The notes under the pieces were generated by a model. That model did no database searches, had not been told where the DNA came from, and saw nothing but the letters and a program-made list of their open reading frames with translations. This document shows, in pieces, positions 51,746-61,924 of a stretch of 64,000 nt of DNA (positions are counted from its first letter, which is position 1; each line of letters begins with the position of its first letter). Position numbers and translations under genes: made by a program. The stretch comes from Spirochaetia bacterium (GTDB taxonomy: Bacteria > Spirochaetota > Spirochaetia > SZUA-6 > Bin103). Location: the NCBI GenBank assembly GCA_965203905.1, contig CBDBDQ010000005.1, positions 1,152,001 to 1,216,000 on the forward strand. The letters are read 5' to 3'.

Positions 51746-51949
51746 TGCGCCGGAACGTACTAGTTGCGCAGGCAGCGGGCAACCGCGCGGCACCTTCGCA
51801 CCTTGTGCAAATCACGCACCGGGATCATCCCGCCGTCCGGCATCTCGGGTCAGACAACGGGCGCCACCACGCCTCGGGAGCAGGGTCGGTCTCCGCAGCG
51901 GCCCGCGTGGAATCCGTCCGCTGCGTCCGCCACGGGACCGCCGCTGCGC

Positions 51950-53334
51950 TCACGTCACCGAGTCTCGCGGTACGGAGCGCTGCCGGCGATCGTGCCGATA
52001 ACGGTGGTGAGCCGCGCACCGAAGTCTCAAATTACCCGGCTCCGCTCCGCCGCCCACCGCGACCGGAACCACGTGGTCGAGCTCCAGGAAGAACCGTGAA
52101 CCACAGCGCCGGCCGGTATACCGGTCGACGAAGGTGCAACAGCCCTGATCGCGTCGCCAAACCTCTCGTTTCACCGCAACCGGAATCGATCTGCCGGACG
52201 CGACACGGGAATTCGCCGGCGTAATCGGCTCCTCCGATCCCGCGCCGCCGGCGCCGCGATCCGGAATCGATCTGCCGGTTGCGACGCGCCGCTTCGGCGC
52301 CGAAGTGAGCTCTGTCGCCTCCGCGCCGCCGGCACTCCTGCCATGATCTGCAGGCGGCGCCACCCGCTTCGGCGCCGAAGTGCTGCCGGTCGTCTGCTTC
52401 GTGGACTGCTTCGTTGCGGAACGGGTCGTCGGGGGCGGCGCGGACTTCCCGGATTGACACGGGTTCTGCGCCGCGGCGGCATCGCGATCCGCCGTCTCCG
52501 GCACCGGTGTCCGCGAGGAACGCTCGTCGCTCGCAGGATCGGGCTTGTTCCGCTTCGGCGCGGCGGCCGGCTCGGATCGTAGCGCTCCACCCCCTCGCGC
52601 ACCAACCGCCCCACGAATTGTCCGACCGTCAGGTGCGGATCCACGTGCGACAGCAACTCCCGCAACTGCTGCAGTCCCTGCTGACACTCGGCGTCGATCA
52701 CCGCCTTCAGCTCCCAGCGCCCGTCCCCCAGCGCCCGCAGCCGCTCGGCGGGCGCCGCCGACTCGGGATCCACCTCCGCCAGCATCTGCTGCACCTGGCG
52801 CGTGCTCTTGCCCATCGCTCGTTCCACCAGCCGCTGCCGGGCGCCAGCATCCAGCACCGGTACCGGCGCCGGCGCATCCGCCGCCTTGCCCGGGACCGCC
52901 ACGGGAGCCGAGCCGGCGCGCCGCGCGCCATTGGTTCCGGAGCCCGCCGATCCGGCGGCGGCCGGCCCGGCTCCGCTCCGGTCCCAGCGCTCGAAGGAGT
53001 TCTGCAACAGGGCCGCGTTGCTCAGGTTCAGCGAGCCGTCCTGCAGCCACGCGCGCACCCCGCGGGTCTCGCGGCACAAACGCATGGCCTTTATACGGCG
53101 CCACGCGGATGCCTCGGTATAGTGCAACTCGCGCACGGTGTAGTCGAACAGGCTGGAGTAGCCGAGGCGCAGATACAGGCGCCGCGCCTCGATCTCTCGC
53201 AGGTGGTCGAGGACGCTGAGCTGCAGCGCCTGCTCGTGGCGGGCGAGCATCCTGGTCCGCTCCAGCAGCACCTGATCGGGGAGCAGCGCGACGGTGGAGA
53301 TGAGCTCCTCGGAGGCTGCGTTGGTCACGTTCAT
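51950..53334 (-). pseudogene. HNH endonuclease with DUF222-like N-terminus, frameshifted near 52560
   Basis: GYSSLFDY..ELHY in the 53334 frame; RSIP..VKREVWRRD..CC...ELDHV.P...GG....NLRL.C..HH in another frame. Confidence 0.8.
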
Positions 53335-53694
53335 CGTGGCGTAAATATACTACTGGATTGAAAATGACATGAATTGACAGGTCTCCGACGGGCGTCGGAG
53401 ATGCTTCAGGACGGGTGCCAGCGGGGCGCTATCGAGCCGGTCGGCACCAAGTGTTCTTTGGAGACTCGGAAGCGCCGCAACGGCCCGTACGCGGCCGTCA
53501 TGAGCCCTTCAGAATGCGTCAAGTGTTTTCTGCAGCTTTTCCGCGGTTTTTTTCCGGATCGTCGGCCGGCGGCATCGGTGGCGTCATGATATCTGCTGCA
53601 CCGCCGCCGATAAGCCGGCCGACATCGTGTCGCGTATGCCGCGTGGACCCCGCCGCCGTCCGGCAGAGGCGGCGGGGTCGGATCGTTGTCTGCG

Positions 53695-54762
53695 CTAGTT
53701 TACCGCTGGAGGTACCGGCGCGGGGGCGAGCGTAACGGACCGCTCCCCGCACGCGCCGTAACTGACCGTGATGGTGTTGCCGGCGCTGCTCACCTGGAAG
53801 CTGCCGCCGGTGAAGACGGTCGGGCAGTTGACCGCGTCGTAGTTGAGTCCCGCGGATTTTACCTCGAGGTCGATCTCCGCGGCCTCAACGGCCTGTACCG
53901 CCTGCTCGCACGCATCGCGCATGCTTGCGTCCACCTGCGTGCAGTCTCTGGGCTGCACCGAGAGGTCGAACATCCCGTCGACGGTCATGCTGCCGGCCGC
54001 GAACGAACCGGTGAGCGCGGCGTCATACTGGTGTGCAAGACCGGTCCGGCTGTACAGGATTCCGAGCGCGGCAGATCCGTCGAAATCTATCGCGTACGCG
54101 CCAGGGCCAGATGCGTCCGCATCCAGCAACGCCTCTACGCCCACCGATAACAGAGGAACTCCATCGACGAGTATGGCGTATTCGAGTTCCTCGACGTCGG
54201 CCCTGACGCCGCTTGCCCGATTCATGTCGTCGTCGTCCATGAGCTTTAGACGGGCCGTTCCGGCGACCGAGAGCGGAAGCAAGGAAGGGCTCTCCGGGGG
54301 ACTCTCGGGGATGATGTCGCAGGCGTAGGTGCGCGTTTCGTCGACTGGATAGTTGTCGCCGTCGCTGTCAGTTGCATCTGGCCCCATCGAGGCCATCTGA
54401 CAGAGATCAAGATCAATCACCTCAGCTTCGGCTTCAGCTCCCGCGGGGAGGTCTCCCGGCACCAGTACCAGTACTGCCTTAGGATCGACGAGGCTTTCGG
54501 GATCGAGGAGCGCGCCGATCATCTTACCCAGCGACGCTTCAACTGTGTCCGCCGGAAAGGTGTCTTCCGGCTCGGGGGGCTCGGGGGGCTCCGGCGGTTC
54601 CGGGGGCTCTGTCGGTTCGGTTGGCTTGGTGGGCTCGGGCTTGCTGGTCATTTGCGGACAAGCCATGAGCCCGAGACACAGGAAGGCCACGGCGAGGACC
54701 TGCCACGCGCGCAGCCGGCGCGGGTGGTGGTGAAAAGCGAGAGAGGAAAACTGAGCCTTCAT
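53695..54762 (-). CDS. Putative lipoprotein with Pro/Glu-rich tether
   Basis: LGLMAC lipobox, (P/T)EP repeats, acidic beta-rich body with paired Cys; GGAGG ribosome-binding site. Confidence 0.75.
   Translation of the reverse strand: MKAQFSSLAFHHHPRRLRAWQVLAVAFLCLGLMACPQMTSKPEPTKPTEPTEPPEPPEPPEPPEPEDTFPADTVEASLGKMIGALLDPESLVDPKAVLVLVPGDLPAGAEAEAEVIDLDLCQMASMGPDATDSDGDNYPVDETRTYACDIIPESPPESPSLLPLSVAGTARLKLMDDDDMNRASGVRADVEELEYAILVDGVPLLSVGVEALLDADASGPGAYAIDFDGSAALGILYSRTGLAHQYDAALTGSFAAGSMTVDGMFDLSVQPRDCTQVDASMRDACEQAVQAVEAAEIDLEVKSAGLNYDAVNCPTVFTGGSFQVSSAGNTITVSYGACGERSVTLAPAPVPPAVN
54569..54639. repeat. Degenerate 9-bp tandem repeats encoding PEP/TEP
   Basis: GGCTCGGGG-type units. Confidence 0.7.
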
Positions 54763-54943
54763 CGAAGACCTCCATTCTTGTTCGGCGTCGCGACGCCGTC
54801 ACCGATATGGTACCGGCCGCGGTGTGCCGGGGGCCAAGGCGGTCGGCGCCTGATGCCTGCCACTCCGCGAATCTGTCTCGCGGCGGCTGCGGGCCGCGCC
54901 GATATATATCTAGAATATCGGAAAATCGAGGAACATACGCACT

Positions 54944-57757
54944 GTGTCATATCAAATACTTCCACACGCTGTCCTGCGGTTCGTTCTCCTGCGGACCCTG
55001 CCAGGTGCCTTTGCGATTGCCCTGGCGCTGTCCGGCTGCGAGGGACCCAGCGCGGCCGAGGAACCGGACCCTGACACCGCGCCCGAGTTCAGGGGCAGCG
55101 TAGACTCGCCAACCTTCAAGGAGCTGGCTCCCATCGAGCCGCTCACGCTCCCGCGCGCCGGCGGCGGCAATGGCAGCCTGCGCTATTCCCTGGGGCCGGA
55201 GATTCCACCTGGATTGCGCTTCGACCGAGGCAGCCGCAAGCTCACGGGCACCCCGCAACTGACCGGCGACGGCCCCGTAACCTACCGCATGACCTACCGG
55301 GTCGAAGACGCGGACGACAACGACTCCTCGCGAGACGCCGACACGTTGCGGTTTTCGATCACGATTCTGCCGCTGACGGTGCTGGAAACGGTTGCGTCTT
55401 CGATTGCCGCGGAAGCCGAGGGCCGGCTCGAGTTCGAGTCGCTGCCTCTGCCAAGCGGCGGCCCCGTCATCACGCTGTCGGGAAGCTCGACCATCGTGGC
55501 CGGCGGCGCGTTCTTCGTGCAGGTCACTCCCGAGCCCGGCGCCACGGTCGACACCCTTCTCGCCTCGGTCGAGCGGGAGTCTGCCGGCTACTACGAGATT
55601 GACGTGCGCGGCGCCGCTCCGCCCTATCTGCTGGTCGGACAGGTGCCGTACGATCTCGACCCGACCCGCTCGATGGTCGGCATGTGCGTCACGGCGGTGC
55701 ATGCGACCGACCGGGTGGGAACCACCGAGTGTCTCGACATGGCCGTCGGCAACGTCGTCACCAGCGACGTGCAGATCATCCTGTCGTGGGATGCCGACAG
55801 TGCCGTCGATCTCCTGGTGCTGGACCCGGAGGGGGATGCCATGGACCGGAGCGCGCCGGGGAGCCTCGGTCCCGACTCCAACCCCTCCTGCGATGCCCTC
55901 GACCGCGTCCGCAACGAACACGTCGCGTGGTCCGCGGGCAGCGAGCCGCCGGGCGTCTATGCCGTGCGCGTACGTCTCCAGGACAGGTGTGACACGTTCG
56001 AAACCAACTTCGTGGTCACGGTAAAGCACGGCCAGGACACGAGCACCTTCTCCGGCAAGCTCAAGCGTCCCGGCGAGGAGGTGGCGGTCGCCTCCTTCCG
56101 GGAGCCGGGCCCCACGCCGCCGGCGGTGATCCGGGATGGGATCACCGAAACGTACGGTGGCAGCGGCAACGAGGTGTTCTCCCTCAATCCCGCGGGGGAG
56201 ATCCTCGACGAGACCCCCTTCACGCTGCAGCTCGGCAACGCCGCGGCAGATGTGTATCTGATCGCCACCAACACCGGCCACCACCCGATGCAGCCTCAGG
56301 TCGTGCGCCTCGACCGGACGGCGAGCGCCGCGGCCGGGCAGCCGGTCGGCGCCGCCGGGCGCCGGGCGCAGCGCAGCTCCGCCGGAATCTCCTCGGCCGC
56401 GGGACGCCCGTGGGTCACGGAGTTCAACAACGAGTCACCGCTGCCGCCCCGCGCATGCCGGGCCAATCAGCAGACCCCGCAGCCGGTCACGGAGAACATC
56501 ACAAGCGTGTCGTTTCTGGATGCGGACCCGGGACAGCCCATCGCGGCTACCGCGCGCAAGGTGGTCGTGGACGGCACCACCACGCTGGTGGTGTGGGTAG
56601 CCGACGAGGACTGGGAGACCTGCACCGATTGCGTCAGGGCGGAGATGGTCGACGCGCTCGCCAACAGCTTCCTGCAGCCGGACGAACCCAACGACATCTT
56701 CCAACTGGTCACGGCCATCTTCGGCATGCCATGGGGTACGCATGACCGCCAGTGCCTGATTCCCGCCGCGGCCGCCGATGAGCTCCACATCCTGCTGTAC
56801 GACATCGACGACGACGGGCTGCCGGCGGCAGGCCAAACCCGGGATCGCGGCTTCTTCTGGTCCAAGGACAACTACCGGAGAGACTCGTCAGGTGCCGTTA
56901 CCGCTACCTCGAACGAGCGCCTGATGTTCTATCTCGATGCACCGCTCCTGGCGCAGTCCGACGGTCCGACCTGGGAGATCACCGACCCCGGCCCGAGACA
57001 GGCCCTCGCGACACTGATCCACGAACTGCAGCACATGATTCATTTCTACCAGAAGAGGGTCAGGCATGGCGTCGCCAGCGAGACCTGGCTCAACGAGATG
57101 GCCTCGGAAGTAGGCGAGGACCTGATGGCCGAGAAGCTGGCGATCGCCGGAGTTGACGGGCCGCGCGCGGTGGCGCATGACCGGGCGACGGACGGGAGTC
57201 AGGAGAACACCGGCGGCCGGCTGCCGTTGTACAACCTGTACAACGACATTCGCGTCACCACCTGGGATGGAACCGCGCGCAACTCCGCCATCAACTACGC
57301 GCTGGGCGCGTACCTGGCGCGCAGCTACGGCGGCGCCGCGCTGTTCAGCGACATGGTGCAGAGCAGGTGGTCGGGCGTCGCGGCAGTCGAATCGGCCCTG
57401 GGAGCGGCCCACTCGGTTTCGTTCGGGGAGGTGCTGGTGGACTGGGCGGTGGCCAACCTGCTGTCCGACAGTCTCCAGGCGCCTCATCCCTACACCTACA
57501 ACTCCGGGGGCTGGAGCACCTCGCGGGCCGGAGGCGTGACGTTCCGGCTCGGCTCGATCAATCTCTACCACTACCGCTACGAGTCGGAGTCCTTCTCCCT
57601 GGAGGGACCGTTCCTGTACTCCCTCGAGGGGTTCAACGAGCGCACCCAGCCGCCGCACTCCAACATGTATGCGACGCTGGGCCGCAATTCCGGGACCGTG
57701 CGCCTGCGCGTCAGCACGGTGAGCGGCAACCGCATTACGGTAGTGGTCAAGGAGTGA
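54944..57757 (+). CDS. Multidomain lipoprotein: Ig-like domain, YfaP-like domain, peptidase M30-like zinc metalloprotease
   Basis: LALSGC lipobox; PPGLRFD...LTGTP; LSWD...DL.V.DP.G; TLIHELQHMI and WLNEM.S; start uncertain. Confidence 0.8.
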   Translation: MSYQILPHAVLRFVLLRTLPGAFAIALALSGCEGPSAAEEPDPDTAPEFRGSVDSPTFKELAPIEPLTLPRAGGGNGSLRYSLGPEIPPGLRFDRGSRKLTGTPQLTGDGPVTYRMTYRVEDADDNDSSRDADTLRFSITILPLTVLETVASSIAAEAEGRLEFESLPLPSGGPVITLSGSSTIVAGGAFFVQVTPEPGATVDTLLASVERESAGYYEIDVRGAAPPYLLVGQVPYDLDPTRSMVGMCVTAVHATDRVGTTECLDMAVGNVVTSDVQIILSWDADSAVDLLVLDPEGDAMDRSAPGSLGPDSNPSCDALDRVRNEHVAWSAGSEPPGVYAVRVRLQDRCDTFETNFVVTVKHGQDTSTFSGKLKRPGEEVAVASFREPGPTPPAVIRDGITETYGGSGNEVFSLNPAGEILDETPFTLQLGNAAADVYLIATNTGHHPMQPQVVRLDRTASAAAGQPVGAAGRRAQRSSAGISSAAGRPWVTEFNNESPLPPRACRANQQTPQPVTENITSVSFLDADPGQPIAATARKVVVDGTTTLVVWVADEDWETCTDCVRAEMVDALANSFLQPDEPNDIFQLVTAIFGMPWGTHDRQCLIPAAAADELHILLYDIDDDGLPAAGQTRDRGFFWSKDNYRRDSSGAVTATSNERLMFYLDAPLLAQSDGPTWEITDPGPRQALATLIHELQHMIHFYQKRVRHGVASETWLNEMASEVGEDLMAEKLAIAGVDGPRAVAHDRATDGSQENTGGRLPLYNLYNDIRVTTWDGTARNSAINYALGAYLARSYGGAALFSDMVQSRWSGVAAVESALGAAHSVSFGEVLVDWAVANLLSDSLQAPHPYTYNSGGWSTSRAGGVTFRLGSINLYHYRYESESFSLEGPFLYSLEGFNERTQPPHSNMYATLGRNSGTVRLRVSTVSGNRITVVVKE

Positions 57758-57789
57758 CCGGGCGCTGAACGAAGTTCAGGAGGTATCCG

Positions 57790-58554
57790 ATGCGAATTCG
57801 CGCCCTGTGCGGTGCCGTAAGCGGGCTTCTGCTCTCGCTTACCCCGGTCTTCGGCGACAACCACACTGCAGCTTCCGGCTTCTACTTCGGACTGGGCGCC
57901 GCGATGAATTTCGCCGATGAGACGACGGAGAATTCCTCCGTGAGGATTGCAGACGATCTCGGCGCGGCCGGATTGCGATTCTACGACTCCTCCTGGGTGT
58001 TCGAGCCCGGTTACACGTTCAGCGGAGCAGCCGGTTACGCGTTTGGGAACATTCGCGTCGAAGGGGAGTTTTCCTACACCACGAGCAGTATCGGGCACTG
58101 GTCCTGGGTGCTGCGCGACGCCAATGGCAACGTCATCAACCGCACCTTCATCGAGCGGCGGCTGGATTCGTTCGGCATGATGGCCAACGCCTGGTTCGAC
58201 ATCGATGGCGGCATGCCGGTAACGCCCTACCTCGGCGGTGGGTTGGGCGCGGTATACCTGGCGGCGGTGGAGAACGAGTGGGGCGAGTCGGCCGGCACCG
58301 TGGACCTCGGCGACTATGACTTCCTGGAGGCCGCCGGTGTCGGCATCGGCTTCCACGTCGGCGCGGGATTCGGCATCGATCTGCTCGACTCGCTGCAACT
58401 CCGGCTCGGCTATCGGGCGACCGCCGTCATGGCGGCGCAACTGGCGGAAGAGCGCGACACCGGCACCGGGACCGACACCTACCCGAGGACCCACCATGTC
58501 CCAACCCTGCTGGATCAGCGTATCGAACTGCGCCTGAGTTACCAGTCTTACTAG
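57790..58554 (+). CDS. Outer-membrane beta-barrel protein (OmpA-like/opacity type)
   Basis: Signal peptide, GFYFG, AAGY.FG.IRVEGE, MANAWFD, TPYLGGGLG; AGGAGG ribosome-binding site. Confidence 0.85.
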   Translation: MRIRALCGAVSGLLLSLTPVFGDNHTAASGFYFGLGAAMNFADETTENSSVRIADDLGAAGLRFYDSSWVFEPGYTFSGAAGYAFGNIRVEGEFSYTTSSIGHWSWVLRDANGNVINRTFIERRLDSFGMMANAWFDIDGGMPVTPYLGGGLGAVYLAAVENEWGESAGTVDLGDYDFLEAAGVGIGFHVGAGFGIDLLDSLQLRLGYRATAVMAAQLAEERDTGTGTDTYPRTHHVPTLLDQRIELRLSYQSY

Positions 58555-58739
58555 CCGCGGTGGTCACGCGCAGGGAGGCAGGAGCCGCCGAACCACGCCG
58601 GGGGTGCCGGCGGGCGACAACGCCACGGTGCGGCTCTCCACCTCACGTCGGCCGGGTTGCGGTCTGATTGGTGCGGCCGAAGCTACGCGGCCGAAAGCCC
58701 TCCCGGTTGGTGATGCTGGCGCTGCTGCCGGTCGCTCTG

Positions 58740-58909
58740 ATGACAATGGCGAACACCTGGGTTTGCTCTTTGAATGACGTCAACACCATCACCACAAGCG
58801 GGAGGGCGAAGAAGCCGGCAGTCGCAAACACTAGCACATAGAGGACGACCTTTCCCGATGAGTTGAAGACCGCCGTTCGTACAGCAGTCGCCGTGCGTAC
58901 ACTAGTCAT
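58740..58909 (-). pseudogene. N-terminal fragment of a carbohydrate ABC permease (MalG-like)
   Basis: FFALPLVVMVLTSFK....VF, after which similarity ends. Confidence 0.7.
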
Positions 58910-59039
58910 AGTGCACCCACCCCTTAGCCATCCGAAAGTTAGCTAGAGTGAGCACGAGCACAATCACCAGCAGCACCCAAGAAAGCGCCGAGGCGTAGCC
59001 CATACGAAACGTGCTGAAGGCGTTCTGGAAGATATAGAC
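58902..59039 (-). pseudogene. C-terminal fragment of a carbohydrate ABC permease (MalF-like)
   Basis: Manual translation VYIFQNAFSTFRMGYASALSWVLLVIVLVLTLANFRMAKGWVHYD*. Confidence 0.75.
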
Positions 59040-59104
59040 GGCGCCGGCTTGCCTGCGATGCAACCGCCCACTATGCTGACCCCCCCCCGTGAGGAGGTGG
59101 CGCG

Positions 59105-59282
59105 ATGAGCAGCTCGACAGCCGCCCCGGTTGCGGTCGAGTACCCCGACTCGGACGGCAAGCCCTTGGCGGAGAGCGACTTTCAGTTCGGCTACCTGGCC
59201 TATGCGCGGGAACGGTTGCGCGGAAGCGCGGGTTGCAGAGCTGGAGGCCAAGCTGCGCGACCGCGGTTCCGCTGAACCGTAA
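59105..59282 (+). pseudogene. Uma2-family endonuclease remnant (N- and C-termini joined)
   Basis: GAGGAGG ribosome-binding site; VEYPDSDGKPLAESDFQ joined out of frame to AEARVAELEAKLR. Confidence 0.75.
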
Positions 59283-59287
59283 CCCGC

Positions 59288-60241
59288 GTGGACGTCGCCA
59301 ACCCCATCTACGACGTGGTGTTCAAGTACCTGATGCAGAACGACCGCGTCGCGCGCCTGCTGATCGGCAGGATCACCGGACTGGCGGTGCAGTCGCTCAC
59401 CGTCAGCCCGCAGGAGACCGCCGTGCGCCGCACCCGCGACGCCCCCGCGCATGACCTGCCGCTGACCCTGCTGCGCATGGACTTCGCGGCCCGCGTGCGC
59501 ACCGCCGACGGCAGTGAGCGGCAGGTGCTGATCGAGATTCAAAAGGCCAACGCGCCCACCGTGATCGAGCGCTTCCGGCGCTACCTGGGCCAGCAGATCG
59601 GCAGCGGCGACAACATCCTCACCCATCCGTCGGGGCGCACCGAGGCGGTGCCGATCGTGACCATCTACTTCCTGGGCTACGCGCTGGATGAGCTGTCGGA
59701 CGAGGCGGTGATCGATGTCTGTCCGCGGGTGACCGAGCGGCGCACGGGGCGGGAGCTGGAGGCGAGCCATCCGCTGGTGGAGGGGATCCATCACCGCAGC
59801 CACATCATCCAGATTCCGCGGCTGGCGAGCCGGCGGCGGGACGAACTGGAGCGGCTGCTGGCGATCTTCGATCAGGGACTGGTGAAGGGCAACGGACGGG
59901 GTGACGCGCACGTGCTGACGATCGAAGAAGGGGAGTATCCGGAGGAGTGCGCCTTCGTGCTGCGGCAGTTGCGGGAGGCGATGGCGGAAGAAGACGTGCG
60001 GCGCACCATGGAGGGGGAGGACCTGCTGCTGCGCGACTCGATGCTGTTGGCGCGGCAGGTGGAGCATCACGAGCGGCGTGCGGAGCAGGAGCGGCAGCGG
60101 GCGCAGCGAGCGGAGCGGGCGCGGCGCGTGTTGCTGGCGCAGGCGATCCGCCGACTGCATGACCTGGGGCAGGATGTCGAAGCGATCGCCGCGGCGCTGG
60201 CAGTGGATGCGGACGAGGTGCGGCGCGTGCTGGCCGGGTGA
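59288..60241 (+). CDS. Rpn/PD-(D/E)XK nuclease-like protein, paralog of 36384-37358
   Basis: VANPIYDVVFKYLM, RMDFAA, LIEIQKA, RFRRYLG; C-terminal HTH-like tail. Confidence 0.8.
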   Translation: MDVANPIYDVVFKYLMQNDRVARLLIGRITGLAVQSLTVSPQETAVRRTRDAPAHDLPLTLLRMDFAARVRTADGSERQVLIEIQKANAPTVIERFRRYLGQQIGSGDNILTHPSGRTEAVPIVTIYFLGYALDELSDEAVIDVCPRVTERRTGRELEASHPLVEGIHHRSHIIQIPRLASRRRDELERLLAIFDQGLVKGNGRGDAHVLTIEEGEYPEECAFVLRQLREAMAEEDVRRTMEGEDLLLRDSMLLARQVEHHERRAEQERQRAQRAERARRVLLAQAIRRLHDLGQDVEAIAAALAVDADEVRRVLAG

Positions 60242-60340
60242 CGGCCCTGCAGGCGAGACGTGCGTGCGGCCGACCGCGCACCTGAACTCGGCGAGTCGTT
60301 CCAGCCGCACGAACGCCGTAGCGTTACCAAGACCCGTCAA

Positions 60341-61036
60341 TCACAGCTTGTCCCGTCCCTTGTCTGAGGGGGCCGGGGCCATCAGCTCCGCGACCAGCTT
60401 CTCGAATGCTCTCTCATATTCCCCGACCGCGATGGCGCCGGCTTCCAGTTTCGCGTTCAGTTCCGGTATGCGTAATTCCGCCGCCCGTTGATATAGGAAG
60501 CGGGGAAGGATCTGCCGTTCGCCGCCGAAGCACTTCGATGTGACGACATAAAGGTGACTCAACAGGGTCTCCAGGACCTCCGGGAACGTCCCGTGTCGGT
60601 CGCAGCCGTGGGCGAGGAACTTCACGTCAGGATGCCTCCATGCTTTCAAGTCGTTGATGTGGAACACGGCGTTCCGCACCCTGGTCAATCCCGACAGGAA
60701 TCTGCACCGATCCTCCAGCCCATCGAGAAACGCTTCAAGGCCGGCGTCCTCCAGGTCGGGTCTGACCATCTTCAGCTTCTGGTAGTTGTCCAGACACTGG
60801 GACAGCAGCGCGGCAATGAAGCAGGTCACGGCGCGAGCGTGGGTGGCCAACTGGGCTTCCCCTGGTGGCACGTTGAGCAGCCCGATATCGTACTGTTCGA
60901 GGTTTGGGTCCTTGGGGAGCGACCGACGTACGAAGGACATGATCATGGCCAGGTTGGTCCTCATGGTCTGGAAGATCGCCACAGCCTGAAGCGCCGACTC
61001 GATGTCGGACAAGTCGAGTTCACTGTGTTCATGCAT
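60341..61036 (-). CDS. Hypothetical all-helical protein with HEPN-like RNAVFH motif
   Basis: RxxxxH at 60659-60676; 8-nt overlap with the upstream gene. Confidence 0.7.
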   Translation of the reverse strand: MHEHSELDLSDIESALQAVAIFQTMRTNLAMIMSFVRRSLPKDPNLEQYDIGLLNVPPGEAQLATHARAVTCFIAALLSQCLDNYQKLKMVRPDLEDAGLEAFLDGLEDRCRFLSGLTRVRNAVFHINDLKAWRHPDVKFLAHGCDRHGTFPEVLETLLSHLYVVTSKCFGGERQILPRFLYQRAAELRIPELNAKLEAGAIAVGEYERAFEKLVAELMAPAPSDKGRDKL

Positions 61037-61625
61037 GGTCAGATCCCGACAGCGATGACGCCAACCGGCTCAACCAGGCTTCGTAGGCGACCGCGCCCTC
61101 AAGCAGCGAAGACACGATGCTGTCCTGCTCCCGGAATGCCTCCACGAAGGCCGTTTGGTCGACCATCGTGTCGTGCCGCTCATGGAGCAGCGAGTATCTG
61201 GCGGCCTTGAGACGCTGGAGCAAGTCAGGGCGTTCATTGCACCAGATGTCGAACTCGTCATCCTGAAACATTGGTCGGTCGCGAGCCAGTTTCCGGTATC
61301 TGGCGACCATCGCATCAAGCAGACAGAGTGCTATCTGCAGCGGCCCAAAATGGTACTTCATGGTCTCTTGCGGGGCATCGAGATACAGCATCGTGCGGAT
61401 ACCACCGATCTCCTTCGCGGTTTCCATCTGCAGGTCGCGGAAGGCCTCATCGCCAGTTGGCATCTCCGAGTGACCAAGACGGTGGAGAGTGCGGTGGAGT
61501 TGCTCATCACGGTCCGCAACGAGCGCCAGAGCGGACCTGAGGAAGTGCGAGTGCTGGCACAACGCGCCGAAGATATCTTTGTCGCGCTTCTTCATTCGGG
61601 GTCGCGGTTTCTCGCTGCCTGGCAT
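61029..61625 (-). CDS. Hypothetical all-helical protein with HEPN-like RYSLLH motif, distant paralog of the downstream gene
   Basis: RxxxxH at 61182-61199; shared Y.KL...RP...D segment; start could be 61595, 61625 or 61715. Confidence 0.65.
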   Translation of the reverse strand: MPGSEKPRPRMKKRDKDIFGALCQHSHFLRSALALVADRDEQLHRTLHRLGHSEMPTGDEAFRDLQMETAKEIGGIRTMLYLDAPQETMKYHFGPLQIALCLLDAMVARYRKLARDRPMFQDDEFDIWCNERPDLLQRLKAARYSLLHERHDTMVDQTAFVEAFREQDSIVSSLLEGAVAYEAWLSRLASSLSGSDHA

Positions 61626-61749
61626 CGGCTCCGTCGTCGCGCCGTACCGCGTCTGCGAACCTGCGAACCTGGTACAAGCGCTGCGGGTTTCCGGCGTCGT
61701 GGCTGCAATGTACACCGAAAAGGCGCTTGTATTCTCGTCGTAAGCATGG

Positions 61750-61868
61750 TGGCGAGCCGGACGAGGCGCTCAACCAGCCGCACGACAAGTACTTCCACCG
61801 CGTGTTCTCTAACGAGCGCGCCGCCGCCAGCCTGATGCGCACCTGCGTGCCGCAGCCACTCGCCGCGA
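61750..61868 (+). pseudogene. N-terminal fragment of an Rpn/YhgA-family protein
   Basis: NQPHDKYFHRVFSNERAAASLMR..VP..LA. Confidence 0.65.
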
Positions 61869-61924
61869 ATGCACCCCTCGATGATGGCGCGCGGCGGGTA
61901 GGGCGGCAGGCGGCTCCTGGCCGG

